From Eledone cirrhosa (Eukaryota): 64,000 bases of DNA. Of the stretch, positions 35,529 through 49,650 are shown one piece after another. The notes under the pieces are model-generated. The model was given only the letters and a program-made list of their open reading frames with translations, had not been told where the DNA came from and did not search any database. Each line of letters opens with the position of its first letter. Within the stretch, counting starts at the first letter, position 1. The position numbers were made by a program, and so were the translations under genes. Location: the NCBI GenBank assembly GCA_964016885.1, contig OZ024747.1, positions 7,006,001 to 7,070,000 of the forward strand, given 5' to 3'.

Positions 35529-36747
35529 CCTACCTACCTACCTACCAACCTACCTACCTACCTACCTATCTACCAACTCATCCCCTTCTTTAAGTACCAC
35601 TTCAGAAGGAAGGTGAGAGTGGAGTGAGAGGTGCTACACCCCAGTAAATTCGCTGAAAGGTGGGTGAATGTGGCGAAAATGGCCCGAGTGAATGGGCCTT
35701 CTCTGTACATAAACCTGTAGGTTGAGGAAGATAAACAGAGGGAAATGGGAACACCTACAAAACGTGTTCCTGGTGTTGAGGGTTGTTCTATCCACGGGGT
35801 GTAAAATAACCCCGCAGTAACGTTACCCCCCCCCCCCCTATTGGGGATTTCAATTGTTTTATTTTATATATAGTTTATTGTTATTCATTATTGTTAAAGA
35901 TGTTATGTAAAACCCCCGCCGTCACGTCTTGTAATGTCCTATTTTTGTACGCCCCTCTGGCAAATAAAGAAAGATATCTACCTACCTACCTACCTACCTA
36001 TCTACCTATCTACCTACCTACCTACCTACCTACCTACCTACCTACCTACCTACCTACCTACTTACCTACCTACCTACCTACCTACCTACCTACCTACCTA
36101 CCTACCTACCTACCTACCTACTTACCCATCTACCTACCTACCTACCTACCTACCTACCTACCTACCTACCTACCTATCTATCTATTTATCTATACCGAGT
36201 CTATTGTAATGATCAAGCCGCCTCCCCCCTTCAAAGATGAAGCAGAGGCGGTGTTTCTGTGCGTAATAGCCATGGCGAAAGAGGTTGTATGGTGGACGCG
36301 TCTGAAAGGACTGAGGTCAGGCACCTTTCTCTCTAGCCAACAACTGGTCCGTTTCTTCCGATATCATTTCGGAAGAAGGATCAGGATGGAGAGAGAGGTG
36401 CTGCACCCCAGCCGTTTTTATGAAAGATGGGTGAAAGTGGCGAGAATGGCCCGTGTGAATGGGCCTTCACTCTACATCAGACTATAGGTGAGGAAGATGA
36501 AAGACCAAGGGAGCACCCCTTCTCTGTGCTCCTGAGGAAAAGGGTTGCACACTTTTTCGGGGGTGCGTGCGACCCCCCAAGGCGCCTCCTCTCTATTGAG
36601 GATTTTGTTATAATTCTATTTTTTGTTATATTTTATTTTATTTTTATATATTGTTATTGCCTCCTCCTTATTGAGGACGCCTTGTTTTGTAAACTCCCCC
36701 CATTGTACTTGTCCCACTTTTGATGCCCTGGTGGCAAATAAAAGAAA
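35354..36747 (+). mobile_element. three tandem 5'-truncated Tx1/L1-type LINE 3' ends in (TCTA)/(CCTA)n arrays
   Basis: Copies 35354-35456, 35573-35972 and 36196-36747 each end TGGCAAATAAA(A)GAAA; longest encodes VFLCVIAMAKEVVWWTRLKG...FYERWVKVARM. Confidence 0.7.
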
Positions 36748-36879
36748 CATATCTATTTATCTATCTGTGGAATGATCAGTTAATTTAATGAGAAGGCCTT
36801 TCCGTTGATCTAACAACTGGAACCTCATTGTCGAAACCGACGGAGTTCCCTTCCATTCTATTCCATACACATTGATATA

Positions 36880-37280
36880 CAGACTGGTGCACTTGGCCCT
36901 AGGACCACCTCCCCACCCCCCACCATCGGCATGGAGTTGGCTACCCACAGGTGTGGGCCTCGCGAGCTGGAACGGCTCTTCCAACGCGTCTCCCTCACCA
37001 TCCTCCGGGGAAACGTCTTCTCTAATCTGTCCACCGGGACCCCGGGGCGGCCAACGTGTGGGCCCCCATTTGCTTATAATAGTGAGAGATGGGGAGAGCA
37101 TGAGAGACGGAGGCAGTGTCAGTGGGAGTTTGGTTCCTTTGTGTTCGAACCTGATGTGTATTTATATATTTATATACCACACCACAACACCATCTTAATA
37201 ACGGTGGCAGTGTCAGTGGGAGTTTGGTTCCTTTGTGTTCGAACCTGATGTGTATTTATATATTTATATACCACACCACA
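36880..37280 (+). mobile_element. 3' end of a CRE-type retrotransposon with duplicated tail
   Basis: ELATHRCGPRELERLFQRVSLTILRGNVFSNL; the ~75-bp tail is repeated at 37205-37280. Confidence 0.7.
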
Positions 37281-38191
37281 TATACATAATAAACATGTAC
37301 AAAATACAATATTGACTCAAAATGTATGTAGAAAACTGACTGATTATTTAGAAAACAAAGTAGCGACACCTGTTGAATATAATTCACCACCCTAGTATTA
37401 GTTAGTCACGTGATAGTTGCACACTTCCGCCTCTCCCCCCTGCTACAGCCCAGCCTCAATCTCCGATGGTCACATGATTACAACTCTGACCAACTCCATT
37501 TTAACATTGATCTTGTCTGACGCAATAAAGTCTTACAACACAATTTATATTGTTTAACGTTAGCTACCTACGTTTACCTATTGTGAATGGTGGATGTGTT
37601 TGTGTGGGGTGTGTGTGTGTGTGTGTGGTTGTGTGTGTGTATTTGTTTGTGCGTGTGTGTGTTTGTGTGCGTCTTTGTGTGTGTCTTTGGTGTGTGTGTG
37701 TATTTATGGTGGAAAGAATATATACGTAATAAATCATTGTTCTTTTTATATCACTTCTACTGTATATTCTGTCCCCTCTCCCCTTCTCTCTCCCACTCAT
37801 TCTCCTCCTCTCTCTCCCCCTCTAACTCACTCTCTCTCCCTCTCTCTCCCCTCTACCCCCTCCCATTCTGTCTCTACCTATCTCTCTCCGTCTCCCTCTC
37901 TGCCTCTCTTTGCCCCTCTCTCTCTCTCTTTCTACCCTCTCTCTCCCCCTCTCTGCTCCGCTCTTCCCCTATCTCCCCCCTCTCTGTCTCTCCCTATCTC
38001 TCTCCTATCCCTTTCTCCTCCTCTCCCTATCTCCTTCTATGTACCTACTCCCTCACAATATACTACACTACAGCAGCCATTAGTAATAATCATTAAAATA
38101 TGAGGTGACTTACACATCAGTTGACAGGAAATCAATTTACGCCTACACATTATACCCACATTCACAGACACACATACACACACGCACATAC

Positions 38192-38254
<63 letters not shown>

Positions 38255-38473
38255 AAAGGCGTCAGGACCCCGACGGCTGAGCTCCGGCCGTTCGGATCTA
38301 GCTGTTGAAACGGTCGGAGCTCAGCCGTCGGGATCCTCTTTCCCTATTACCCACTCTACTACCCTAAGTATCGAGTACTCTGGTGCGTATATATATATAT
38401 AGTGGTAGAACACTGGAAGGTAATATCCGTAGTGGTAGAGCACTCAGTCCATGAGACGAGTTAGTTCACCATA

Positions 38474-38513
38474 CCGAGAACAATTGTTTCACCTTAGCGG
38501 ATCTTCAGCTCGG
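38474..38513 (-). ncRNA. minimal hammerhead ribozyme
   Basis: Helix I CCGAG/CTCGG; CTGAAGA; short helix II; GAAAC-AATT-GTT with palindromic helix III; in a TA-flanked insert at 38401-38526. Confidence 0.7.
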
Positions 38514-38767
38514 ACTAGTCATGGTTATATATATATAATAAAAAAAATGTGGAGAGGAAGCACACGAGTTAGGATATATATATATATATGAAAACAGGGA
38601 GAAAGAGACGATTATTAGGAAGAAAAATAAATCAACTAATACCTTAACACTTCACACAAAGTAAAACATTTCGTTTTAATCATTTTCTAACCCAGAAAAA
38701 AAAGAGAGAAACAAAAAGGAAAAAAAAAATTTTTTCTTCCTAATAATCGTCTCTTTCTCCCTGTTTT

Positions 38768-38814
<47 letters not shown>

Positions 38815-38820
<6 letters not shown>

Positions 38821-39705
38821 GTTAAAAATGTACATCCACATATGTATACTGAAATACTAGTATGCATATGAATACACACACGTATACATATGTAGATGTA
38901 CCAAGTTTTTCACTGGTCACTTTACTGTGAGTGTCCAGCTATTCTGTATGTAAACACACAGACAAACCGGTTTTTAGAGTCATACTGGTTTTTGAGGAAA
39001 CACCTTTCCTCTATTCTTCAGAAAGCCAGACAAGGAATATTGAACTAGTTTCGTTGTTGTTACAACTCATCAGCAATATTTACCTATCTTCCGGCCTTTC
39101 TGGAGAATCGTAAAAGCACATATCGTTATATGCTTTTTCTATGAAAATTAGTAGTGGGCAGACTAATTTGCATAGAGTGTGAGTACATACCGGTTCAACG
39201 GAGACGATAAAAACAAATAACGAAACGAAATTAAATTTCGTTTCGTTTGTAACTCACTTTTGTATGACTGACGCTTAAACAATTAAGTTAAAAATGTACA
39301 TCCACATATGTATACTGAAATACTAGTATGCATATGAATACACACACGTATACATATGTAGATGTACCAAGTTTTTCACTGGTCACTTTACTGTGAGTGT
39401 CCAGCTATTCTGTATGTAAACACACAGACAAACCGGTTTTTAGAGTCATACTGGTTTTTGAGGAAACACCTTTCCTCTATTCTCCAGAAAGCCAGACAAG
39501 GAATATTGAACTAGTTTCGTTGTTGTTACAACTCATCAGCAATATTTACCTGGAACATCTACATATGTATACGTGTGTGTATTCATATGCATACTAGTAT
39601 TTCAGTATACATATGTGGATGTACATTTTTAACTTAATTGTTTAAGCGTCAGTCATACAAAAGTGAGTTACAAACGAAACGAAATTTAATTTCGTTTCGT
39701 TATTT

Positions 39706-39709
<4 letters not shown>
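38815..39709 (-). mobile_element. Penelope-like pLTR arrangement: two direct repeats plus inverted segment, two hammerheads
   Basis: Direct repeats 38815-39084 and 39281-39550; inverted copy about 39557-39709; hammerheads 39036-39080 and 39502-39546 (AATATTG-CTGATGA-GTTGT AACA ACAAC-GAAAC-TA-GTT-CAATATT); (TA)n on both sides. Confidence 0.75.
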
Positions 39710-39766
<57 letters not shown>

Positions 39767-39909
39767 TTTTTAGTATATGTTGATTGTATACCAACACCTC
39801 AGTATGCAGGCTGGAGCACTCGACGAAGTGCGCAGGTTGGTTTGGTTACTCCGGAGTAATGTAAAATAAAGTTAAAAAGTCAAATGTTTAAAATTTAGCT
39901 TCGTTTATT

Positions 39910-39964
39910 ACTGCTATATATATTTCAGTGACAGCCATCTTTGGCTGTGACCTCTTCAGGCAGT
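39910..39964 (-). ncRNA. minimal hammerhead ribozyme
   Basis: Helix I ACTGC/GCAGT; CTGAAGA; helix II ACAGCCA/TGGCTGT; GAAA-TATATA-TA; AATAAA; inverted partial copy at about 40036-40107. Confidence 0.7.
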
Positions 39965-40100
39965 CCGAATTAGTGTGGTATAGACAAGTACATACGTTGT
40001 TGAGGTGTATGATATTGTCAATACTCTGGTTGGGTTGTCACTGAAATATATATAGCAGTAATAAACGAAGCTAAATTTTAAACATTTGACTTTTTAACTT

Positions 40101-40375
<275 letters not shown>

Positions 40376-40694
40376 GTGAGAGTGAGAGGTTGGCAACAGC
40401 TAAATAAAATCCATGGTCTTCGACTATCGAAATGACCGTACGGTAACGCTGGATCCTTCAGGGTCACAGTGTCTAACAGGATAGTTAAAAATTGTCCTGG
40501 AGTATTAACGAAGCAGAACTTAGGTGAAATTATATGGTGAAGGTAATATATGGATATAATTAGATGTTTAAGTCCAACAGAGTGTGACGAAGATGGTCAG
40601 TTAGACTCCATGGGGACAAACACAAACACAGAGTAGGTGACGTAGAGAGGAAAAGGTGTGTTAGTAGCACACACACACACACACACACATATAT

Positions 40695-40725
<31 letters not shown>

Positions 40726-40750
40726 CACACACACACATACACACACACAT

Positions 40751-40793
<43 letters not shown>

Positions 40794-42549
40794 TACACAC
40801 ATATATATATACATGTGTTTGTATGTGTGTGGTGAGTATGGAAACTGGTGAATGAGGGAAATGTTTTTTTTTGTCAAGAAACCTTGGATCAGCTGAGACG
40901 AATGAACCCGGATGTTGTCATGATGCAGCTGCCAGTGAGGCCCACGTATTGTCTCATGCGCCGAATAGCACCACGAAGATGCCAGAGGTCTTTCTGATAG
41001 TACTCTTTTATAAGTGCTTGTCCTTCTGGTGCATATTCGTGATGCATAAGATGGGCCTTAAGTCATCCACCAACAGCAAGAGCTGTGAAATGAAAATAAT
41101 ATTTCTATTTATCTATGCCAAACAGTGTACACTCTTTTACATCTACTGACTGATTATCTCATCTCTACTTATGGCATCTATAATGCACTGTATGCTTCAC
41201 TGAGAAGGTTTAATAAGACCGAAACATATCTGTTGTTGTCTCCTATACTTGAGGAAGGAATAAAAATAATATTAAGCGATGACTAATATTGTTTTTATCC
41301 CACCACCACGTCAGGAATGTTTTTATTATATATTATCATTAACTCCATTGCTTTCTCTTGTATGTTATCATTAACTTATCTATTGTTTTTCCTGCACATG
41401 GTGCATAAGAGAAATAATTTTCTACCAATGCATATAGAGATTACGGTTAGGAATCTGTTCCACATCACTATATAATGATAAGATTTAAATGCTCAAATTT
41501 CAATTAATATTCAAAAAGATACTAACTAACATGCTTTCTTAAATGATATTTTATGTGAATAAACACGGTGATTACTAAAAAATTGTCAGTATCAGTAGAG
41601 TGTCAGACACCATGTTTTGCAGGATAGAGTTATGGCCCTTTGTGTTCTGAGTTCAATTCCCCCTGAGGTTAACTTTGCCTTTCATCCTTACGGGGGTCTA
41701 TAAAATAAAACCCCAGTTATGCACTGGGGTAATTGCTGGCCTTGTGCCAAAAGTAGAAACACTTATTAGGCGGGAAACGGGGGTCCTTCATTCCTGATGG
41801 AGTTGTAGGAACGCCGTTCCAACACACGGTGTGTTTGGGTATTAAATACCTGACGGATTCCATCCCCATTTCAAGTTAGAACACTGTCGATTTATTCCAA
41901 AGAAAGGGAAAGAATTGGTGCTAGGGGTGACCCCGTATTTGATTTATTAATACCGAAAAGATGTAAAGCAAAGTTGCCCTTGGTGAGATTTGAAATCAGA
42001 GCGTAGTGAGTAGAAACAAATTCTAAGATATTTAATCCGAGGCCCTAACGACTCTACCAATTCACCGCCTGATACCGATAGTTTTATAACTAACCCACTA
42101 AATAACTCACTAACTCATTAACTCACTAAATAAATAAATAACTAAATAATAAAGAGAAATCCTGGGAACTTGTGGTGGTCTGCGTAGGTAATAGTGATCT
42201 TGTAAAGTTGGCAAAAAGGATAAATTCATTATCTCGTGGAAAGAGGAAAATATTCCTGTTGCCGGCAAACTTCTTTTAATGTTTTCTCTCTCACGTTCTT
42301 TCTCTCTCTCTCCCCCCCCTCTCTCTCTCTCTCTCTCTCTGCTCTTCTGTTTCCATGAAGAAGAAGGAGGAAGAAGAGAAGGTGGTGGAAGATGTGGAAG
42401 GCAAAGAAGAAGAAAAGGGAGGAGGGGAGGCGGTGAGGTGGTGGTGGTGGTCGAGAAGAAGAAGAAGAAGAAGAAGAAGAAGAAGAAGAAGAATTAAAAG
42501 AGAGATGAGGAAAAAGATTAAGAGTGGAAGAAGAAAAATAACAACGACG

Positions 42550-42880
42550 ATGACACCACCACCATCGCCGCCGCCGCCATCATCATCACCACCACCACCA
42601 TCGCCGCCGCCGCCATCATCATCACCACCACCACCATCGCCGCCGCCGCCATCATCATCACCACCACCACCATCGCCGCCGCCGCCATCATCATCACCAC
42701 CACCACCATCGCCGCCGCCGCCATCATCATCACCGCCACCACCATCGCCGCCGCCGCCGCCATCATCGATATCACCACCATCGCCGCCGCCGCCATCATC
42801 GACATCACCACCATCGCCGCCTCCGCCGCCATCATCAACACCACCACTATCACTATCGCCGCCGCCACCATCATCACCAA
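42550..42880. repeat. 33-bp (CCA/CCG/TCA) minisatellite
   Basis: Unit CCACCACCACCATCGCCGCCGCCGCCATCATCATCA-like. Confidence 0.9.
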
Positions 42881-43198
42881 CCCCACCTCTAATAATGGTT
42901 TTTGATTTAGATACAAGGCCAACAATATTAGGGAAGAGGAAAGTCGATTAAATCGACCCCAGTGCGTTACTGGTACTTTATTTTATCGACCCCGTAAAGA
43001 TGAAAGGCAAAGCTAACATCGGCGGGATTTGAACTCATAACGTAAAGGGCCGTAGCTCTATACCACAAAGCATTTTATCCGATGCTATGCAGATATTGCC
43101 AACCGACCACCCTTTCAATAATAATAATAATGATAATAATAATAATTTTGCCAGACAAAAGTTAAGGGCTGAAACACTTGCTTGAGTGCTGAAACACT

Positions 43199-43810
43199 TG
43201 CTGTCCAGCTCTCCTGAGAGTTTCTTCTCTGAAGACCTGCTGTCCAGCCCTCCTGAGAGTTTCTTCTCTGAAGACCTTCTGCTGTCCAGCTCACCTGAGA
43301 GTTTCTTCTCTGAAGACCTTCTGCTGTCCACCTCTCCTGAGAGTTTCTTCTCTGAAGACCTTCTACTATCCAGCTCTCCTGAGAGTTTCTTCTCTGAAGA
43401 CCTTCTGCTGTCCAGCTCACCTGAGAGTTTCTTCTCTGAAGACCTTCTGCCGTCCAGCACTCCTGAGAGTTTCTTCTCTGAAGACCTTCTACTATCCAGC
43501 TCTCCTGAGAGTTTCTTCTCTGAAGACCTTCTGATGTCCAGCTCACCTGAGAGTTTCTTCTCTGAAGACCTTCTGATGTCCAGCTCTCATGAGAGTTTCT
43601 TCTCTGAAGACCTTCTGCCGTCCAGCTCACCTGAGAGTTTCTTCTCTGAAGACCTTCTGATGTCCAGCTCTCCTGAGAGTTTCTTCTCTGAAGACCTTCT
43701 GATGTCCAGCTCTCCTGAGAGTTTCTTCTCTGAAGACCTTCTGATGTCCAGCTCTCCTGAGAGTTTCTTCTCTGAAGACCTTCTGATGTCCAGCTCTCCT
43801 GAGAGTTTCT
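43199..43810. repeat. 42-bp minisatellite, ~14 copies
   Basis: Unit GTCCAGCTCTCCTGAGAGTTTCTTCTCTGAAGACCTTCTGAT. Confidence 0.95.
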
Positions 43811-43990
43811 TACCATTGATTTAGGAAGCGAATGCATGAAGGGATTATCTTTGGCTCGCTAATTTCTGCAGACAAGTTGATGAAACTGTTAAAAGCCTAT
43901 CTTTAAGATAGAAAGTTCACGCTTGTACAAATAGTCGCGCGTGCAAATAGGCTTGTACAAATAGTCGCACAAAGACACAAACACACACAC

Positions 43991-44044
<54 letters not shown>

Positions 44045-44093
44045 ATGTGTGTAAACAGACAAATAATTCCATGCAAGCACACACACACTCTCA

Positions 44094-44134
<41 letters not shown>

Positions 44135-44586
44135 TACACACACATATAGCTATATAGTATTTTATAAGACTAATAACCAACACAACACACACATACACCA
44201 CATATTTTTACTCGTTATATTTAAGAATATTAACTGAAGTGTGAAAGATAGAGATCAGAGAGGAATTGATGGCGGCTGTTCTGGTTATCTGTGGATGTGA
44301 ATTGATGTAATGTAACCCATTTTATGAGTGGGAGTGGCGTCTAATCTAATACGCCGCCCGTGAGAAACGAATTCATATGTCATAACATTAACACATAGAA
44401 ACACATATACACAAACATATTCACGTATACAAACATATGCACAAACATACACACAACGTATACAAACATACACAAATACATACACGTATACAACTGTAGA
44501 CTGTAAATAAAACCCTTTTTTGTACTGTTGACCATGTTATTCTTCACCCTTTCTCTCTCTCTCACTCTCTCTCTCTCTCTCTCTCT

Positions 44587-44656
<70 letters not shown>

Positions 44657-45596
44657 AACCAGTAAGACCCCGACGGCTGAGCTCAAGCCGTTTCGACGGC
44701 TAATTCTGGACAGATATATATATGTATGTATGTGTGCATATATCTACTATATAAATTGGAAGTGGTCGGACGTTGTATATGTAGGTGTAGTCGGATAAAC
44801 GTCGAAACGGCTTGGTGGGATGCAGCGAAAATGTACACAGTTATGCAGAATGACCCGAGGAGGCGTTGGGTTAACTTTCAATCTACAAGCTTCCATAGTT
44901 ACAGAGAAAATCGATGAAACAGGAATTTCCCATTCAAATTGAACTGAGAGTAATCTGTGAACGCAGAAGTAAATATTTCGAGAAACGTTGCAACCGAAGG
45001 AAAACAGGAAGACGATATTTTGGTTCGTGAAGACGTTCCCTGGTAATGAACGGAAAACAAGCGAGGATAATACGTCGTTATGTGATGCGAGAAGAACAAT
45101 TTCATGCAAAGACAAGACCAAGTTTATGGTATAAATGAAGTCGTTAGACTAATATTCTATTTAAAATAACAGAATGATTTCCAGCCTCGGAGTTTAAGAA
45201 TGATGTAAATAAAATTGAAAAAGAAAATGACAGAGGTTATTAAAATAGTAAAAGTAAATAGTGAAGATTTAGGCCAGTACCTACGTATGCCCCGACGGAT
45301 ATACACATGCATACGCACACACAAATACATACCGCCCCCCCCCCCCCACAAGCCTTTATTCTTATAGCTTGGTCTAATTGATTTTTTATATGGTTAATTA
45401 TGCTAATTGAGAGAGGAAATGGTATATATTTTATCTAGTGATTCTAAGGACATGATTTATGATATATATATATATATATATAAGTTGAAATAAAATGAAA
45501 ACGAAATTTCATTTCTCACTCTTAGTATGGCACTTACTTAAATGTAAGTATGTATGTATACGTACATACATATATGTATACAGACGTACAGTAGCA

Positions 45597-45698
<102 letters not shown>

Positions 45699-45748
45699 TA
45701 TATACATATATACATACAGGTACGTTCAACTATCTGGCAGATGGGTAT

Positions 45749-45791
45749 ACGGTGCTGATGATAGCTAACAAGCTTGAAACTAGTACATCGT
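45749..45791 (+). ncRNA. minimal type I hammerhead ribozyme
   Basis: Helix I ACGGTG/CATCGT; CTGATGA; helix II AGCT-AACA-AGCT; GAAAC-TA-GTA (palindrome ACTAGT); enclosed by inverted arms spanning 45543-46126. Confidence 0.75.
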
Positions 45792-45957
45792 TCCTGTGTC
45801 AGTGTTGAACAAAAAGGTGACGTGGTTGCCTTAACACCGTATGGCATAAATTCAGGCTGTTCAGTTTGTTTACAAACGAACAAAGCGGCGTTATAATAAG
45901 CGTCCGCTAAACTGATGCGTGCATATATGTATGTGTACCTGTATGTATATATGTATA

Positions 45958-46068
<111 letters not shown>

Positions 46069-46143
46069 GCATGCTACTGTACGTCTGTATACATATATGT
46101 ATGTACGTATACATACATACTTACATATATATATATATATATA

Positions 46144-46185
<42 letters not shown>

Positions 46186-46408
46186 TACAAATTTTAGTAC
46201 AGCATTAACGAAGCTTTAGTTCGCGGTCAAGCTAACGAATGCAAATTCGGTCTGTAGCTTTAGCACTCGGATGGGGAAAAGTACCCCAGAGTAATAACAA
46301 TACATTTAGACAGCTTAGCAAATCAAATATAGCGGTCGGCAGTCCAGCCGCATCACTAGAGCAACGAAAATACAGGACCCAGGAAAAGATTATATATATA
46401 TACATACA

Positions 46409-46488
<80 letters not shown>

Positions 46489-46629
46489 TATGATTAAAAG
46501 AATTTGCTTTCTGTGCTGACTTCCTGTTCGATATATTTATAGTATATACATAAGCCTACTGTCATCAGTTTCAATTGTAATTTGCTGAGTACATATCTTG
46601 AAACCAACATACAACATTTTGTTATTATT

Positions 46630-46909
46630 GGCAGAGTCGATAAAATAAAGTACCAGTAACGTACTGGGATAATTGCTGGCCTTGTGCCAAAACTAGAAAC
46701 AATTATTGGCAGAGTCGTTAGAACGTTGGATAGAATGCTTTGTGGTTTTCGTTCCGGCTCTCTGCTCTCTCAGTTCAAATCCCGCCGAGGTTAGCTTTGC
46801 CTTTCATCCTTAGGGGGTCGATAAAATAAAGTACCAGTCACGTACTGGGGTCAATTTAAGCGACTTTCCCCTCCCCCCAAATTGCTGGCCTTGTGCCTAT
46901 AAAAGAAAC

Positions 46910-46985
<76 letters not shown>

Positions 46986-47245
46986 GAATTGCTGGCCTTG
47001 TGCCTAAAGTAGAAACAATTATTATTGAGGGTGGTGGTTTGGCAGTGTCGGTAGAGCGTCGAATAACATGCTTTGCGGCATATACATACGTCCCTTTGCG
47101 TTCTGAATTGAATTTCTGCTGGGGTAACCTTTGCCTTTCGTTCTTATAGGGTCAATAAAATAAATTACCAGTAAGGCACTGGGGTCGATGCAATCAACTT
47201 AACCCTTCCCTTCAAATTGGTGGCCTTATACCAAATATAGAAACA
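46630..47245 (+). mobile_element. cluster of SINE copies with (ATT)n tail
   Basis: TGGCAGAGTCGTTAGA A-box, GTTCAAATCCC B-box, core motif, (ATT)n at 46911-46985. Confidence 0.75.
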
Positions 47246-47305
47246 GTTATTATTGAAAGAGCTGTATGTGTCGTTATATGAGTGATTCCACTTCAATACA
47301 TATTA

Positions 47306-48312
47306 AACTGTCTTCCACACAACATCTGTAAAACTACCTTCCACACAACATCTGTAAAACTACCTTCCACACAACATCTGTAAAACTACCTTCCACACAA
47401 CATCTGTAAAACTACCTTCCACACAGCATCTGTAAAACTGTCTTCCACACAACATCTGTAAAACTGTTTTCCACACAACATCTGTAAAACTGTCTTCCAC
47501 ACAACATCTGTAAAACTACCTTCCACACAACATCTGTAAAACTACCTTCCACACAACATCTGTAAAACTGTCTTCCACACAACATCTGTAAAACTACCTT
47601 CCACACAACATCTGTAAAACTACCTTCCACACAACATCTGTAAAACTGTCTTCCACACAACATCTGTAAAACTGTCTTCCACACAACGTCTGTAAAACTA
47701 CCTTCTACACAACATCTGTAAAACTACCTTCCACACAACATCTGTAAAACTACCTTCCACACAACATCTGTAAAACTACCTTCCACACAACATCTGTAAA
47801 ACTACCTTCCACACAACATCTGTAAAACTACCTTCCACACAACATCTGTAAAACTGTCTTCCACACAACATCTGTAAAACTGTCTTCCACACAACATCTG
47901 TAAAACTGTCTTCCACACAACATCTGTAAAACTGTCTTCCACACAACGTCTGTAAAACTGTCTTCCACACAACATCTGTAAAACTGTCTTCCACACAACA
48001 TCTGTAAAACTACCTTCCACACAACGTCTGTAAAACTGTCTTCCACACAACGTCTGTAAAACTGTCTTCCACACAACATCTGTAAAACTGTCTTCCACAC
48101 AACATCTGTAAAACTGTCTTCCACACAGCATCTGTAAAACTGTCTTCCACACAACGTCTGTAAAACTGTCTTCCACACAACATCTGTAAAACTGTCTTCC
48201 ACACAACATCTGTAAAACTGTCTTCCACACAACATCTGTAAAACTGTCTTCCACACAACATCTGTAAAACTGTCTTCCACACAGCATCTGTAAAACTGTC
48301 TTCCACACAACA
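47306..48312. repeat. 26-bp minisatellite, ~38 copies
   Basis: Unit AAAACT(GT/AC)CTTCCACACAACATCTGT; no unique spacers. Confidence 0.95.
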
Positions 48313-49456
48313 CCTGCGCCTATGGTGGTAAGTAATTATGTTTCAGCCACCATCTATAAAAATACAATCCACGCATCTAGAGTTGTCTTTAGTTAAAGAT
48401 CTATTAAAACTATTCCCTTCTCAACACCTATAAATCCATCTATTACTCAACATCCATAGAAATAACAAACATTCTCCTATCTATCATCTATAATTCTAGC
48501 TGTATATTCACTATATTGGCTGTAGCTATTTAGTTGATATCTATACAATCTGTTAACTACTTAGTAAAGGAGAAACTATACTACATAAACAGTACACGTC
48601 TTGTAAAACGCCGCTAGACTATTGTGAGGTTCAGTTTTCAATAACAAATTACTCTATACTTATGTTATTTTCTGGAATCTATCTAGATGTCAGCATAGTT
48701 TGACGCTGCGGGGGGCGAGTGTTGCTGCATTTGTTGTTGTTGGGGTGGGTGAGAGGGGGTAGGGAGGGTGGGGAGGGAGGGGGGGGGGGTGATGGTGTTG
48801 CTGTTGCTGCATTTGTTGCTGTTGGGGTGGGTGAGAGGGGGTAGGAGGTGGGGAGGGGTGTTGGTAATGGTGTTGCTGTTGCTGCATTTGTTGTTGTTGG
48901 GGTGGTGAAGGGGTGGGGTGTGGGTGGGGGGCGGCAGTGATGGTGTTGCTGTTGCTGCATTTGTTGTTGTTGGGGTGGGTGGTTGGGGGTGAGGGGTGGG
49001 GGTTGATGGCGTTGGTGGTGGTGTTACTGTACTTGTTTTTGTGGGTAGTGGTGTTGGTGTTATTGTTGTTGTTGTTGCTGATGATGATGGTGATGGTGAT
49101 GATGGTGACGATGGTGATGTTGACGATGATGATGATGATGATGATGATGATGACGATGATGATGATGACGATGATGATGATGATGATGACGATGGTGATG
49201 ATGACGATGATGATGATGATGATGATGATGACGATGGTGATGATGACGACGATGATGATGACGATGATGATGATGATGGTGATGATGGTGATGATGATGA
49301 TGACAAAAACAACGTCAACAATATTCATGCAGACGATGATGATTACTGATTATGGATGTTGACGAAAATGATGATGATGTGACATGAGGTCGCTAAAAAA
49401 TTACTATTCTCACTTTGATCTGATCTATACTCACTTTGAAATCGTTATACCAATAT

Positions 49457-49650
49457 ACGAGGGTCGACTGAAAAGTTCATAGGCTGGCAAAGATACTTTC
49501 ATAGAACGACTAAATGTGGTTTATTTTTCAACATAATCCCTGGACAGAAACAATGTAGTTATTAATAAGAATAGTTGAAATTAATGCATGCATGATTTCA
49601 CAGCTCTAACATCACGTCTTCATAGTCAGCCTATGAAATCTTCAGCCGTA
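49457..49650. mobile_element. mariner-derived MITE
   Basis: TA|CGAGGGTCGACTGAAAAGTTCATAGGCTG ... CAGCCTATGAAATCTTCAGCCG inverted termini. Confidence 0.6.

Noticed and set aside
40880-41082. Minus-strand exon candidate with a good acceptor
   Set aside because: Stops in all three frames and a weak donor.
42355-42951. Extensin-like Pro-rich ORF
   Set aside because: Concatenated (GAA)n and (CCA/CCG)n repeats running into a SINE.
43035-43837. Long repetitive ORFs; CTGAAGA in each unit
   Set aside because: 42-bp minisatellite open in several frames; no GAAA or helices to complete a hammerhead.
44745-44830. GIY-YIG-like peptide (VYVG...G*TSKRL)
   Set aside because: Too short and degenerate, and its orientation conflicts with the family B ribozyme strand.
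47306-48312. CRISPR-like 26-bp repeat array
   Set aside because: Units are contiguous with no unique spacers, there are no cas genes, and the DNA is eukaryotic.
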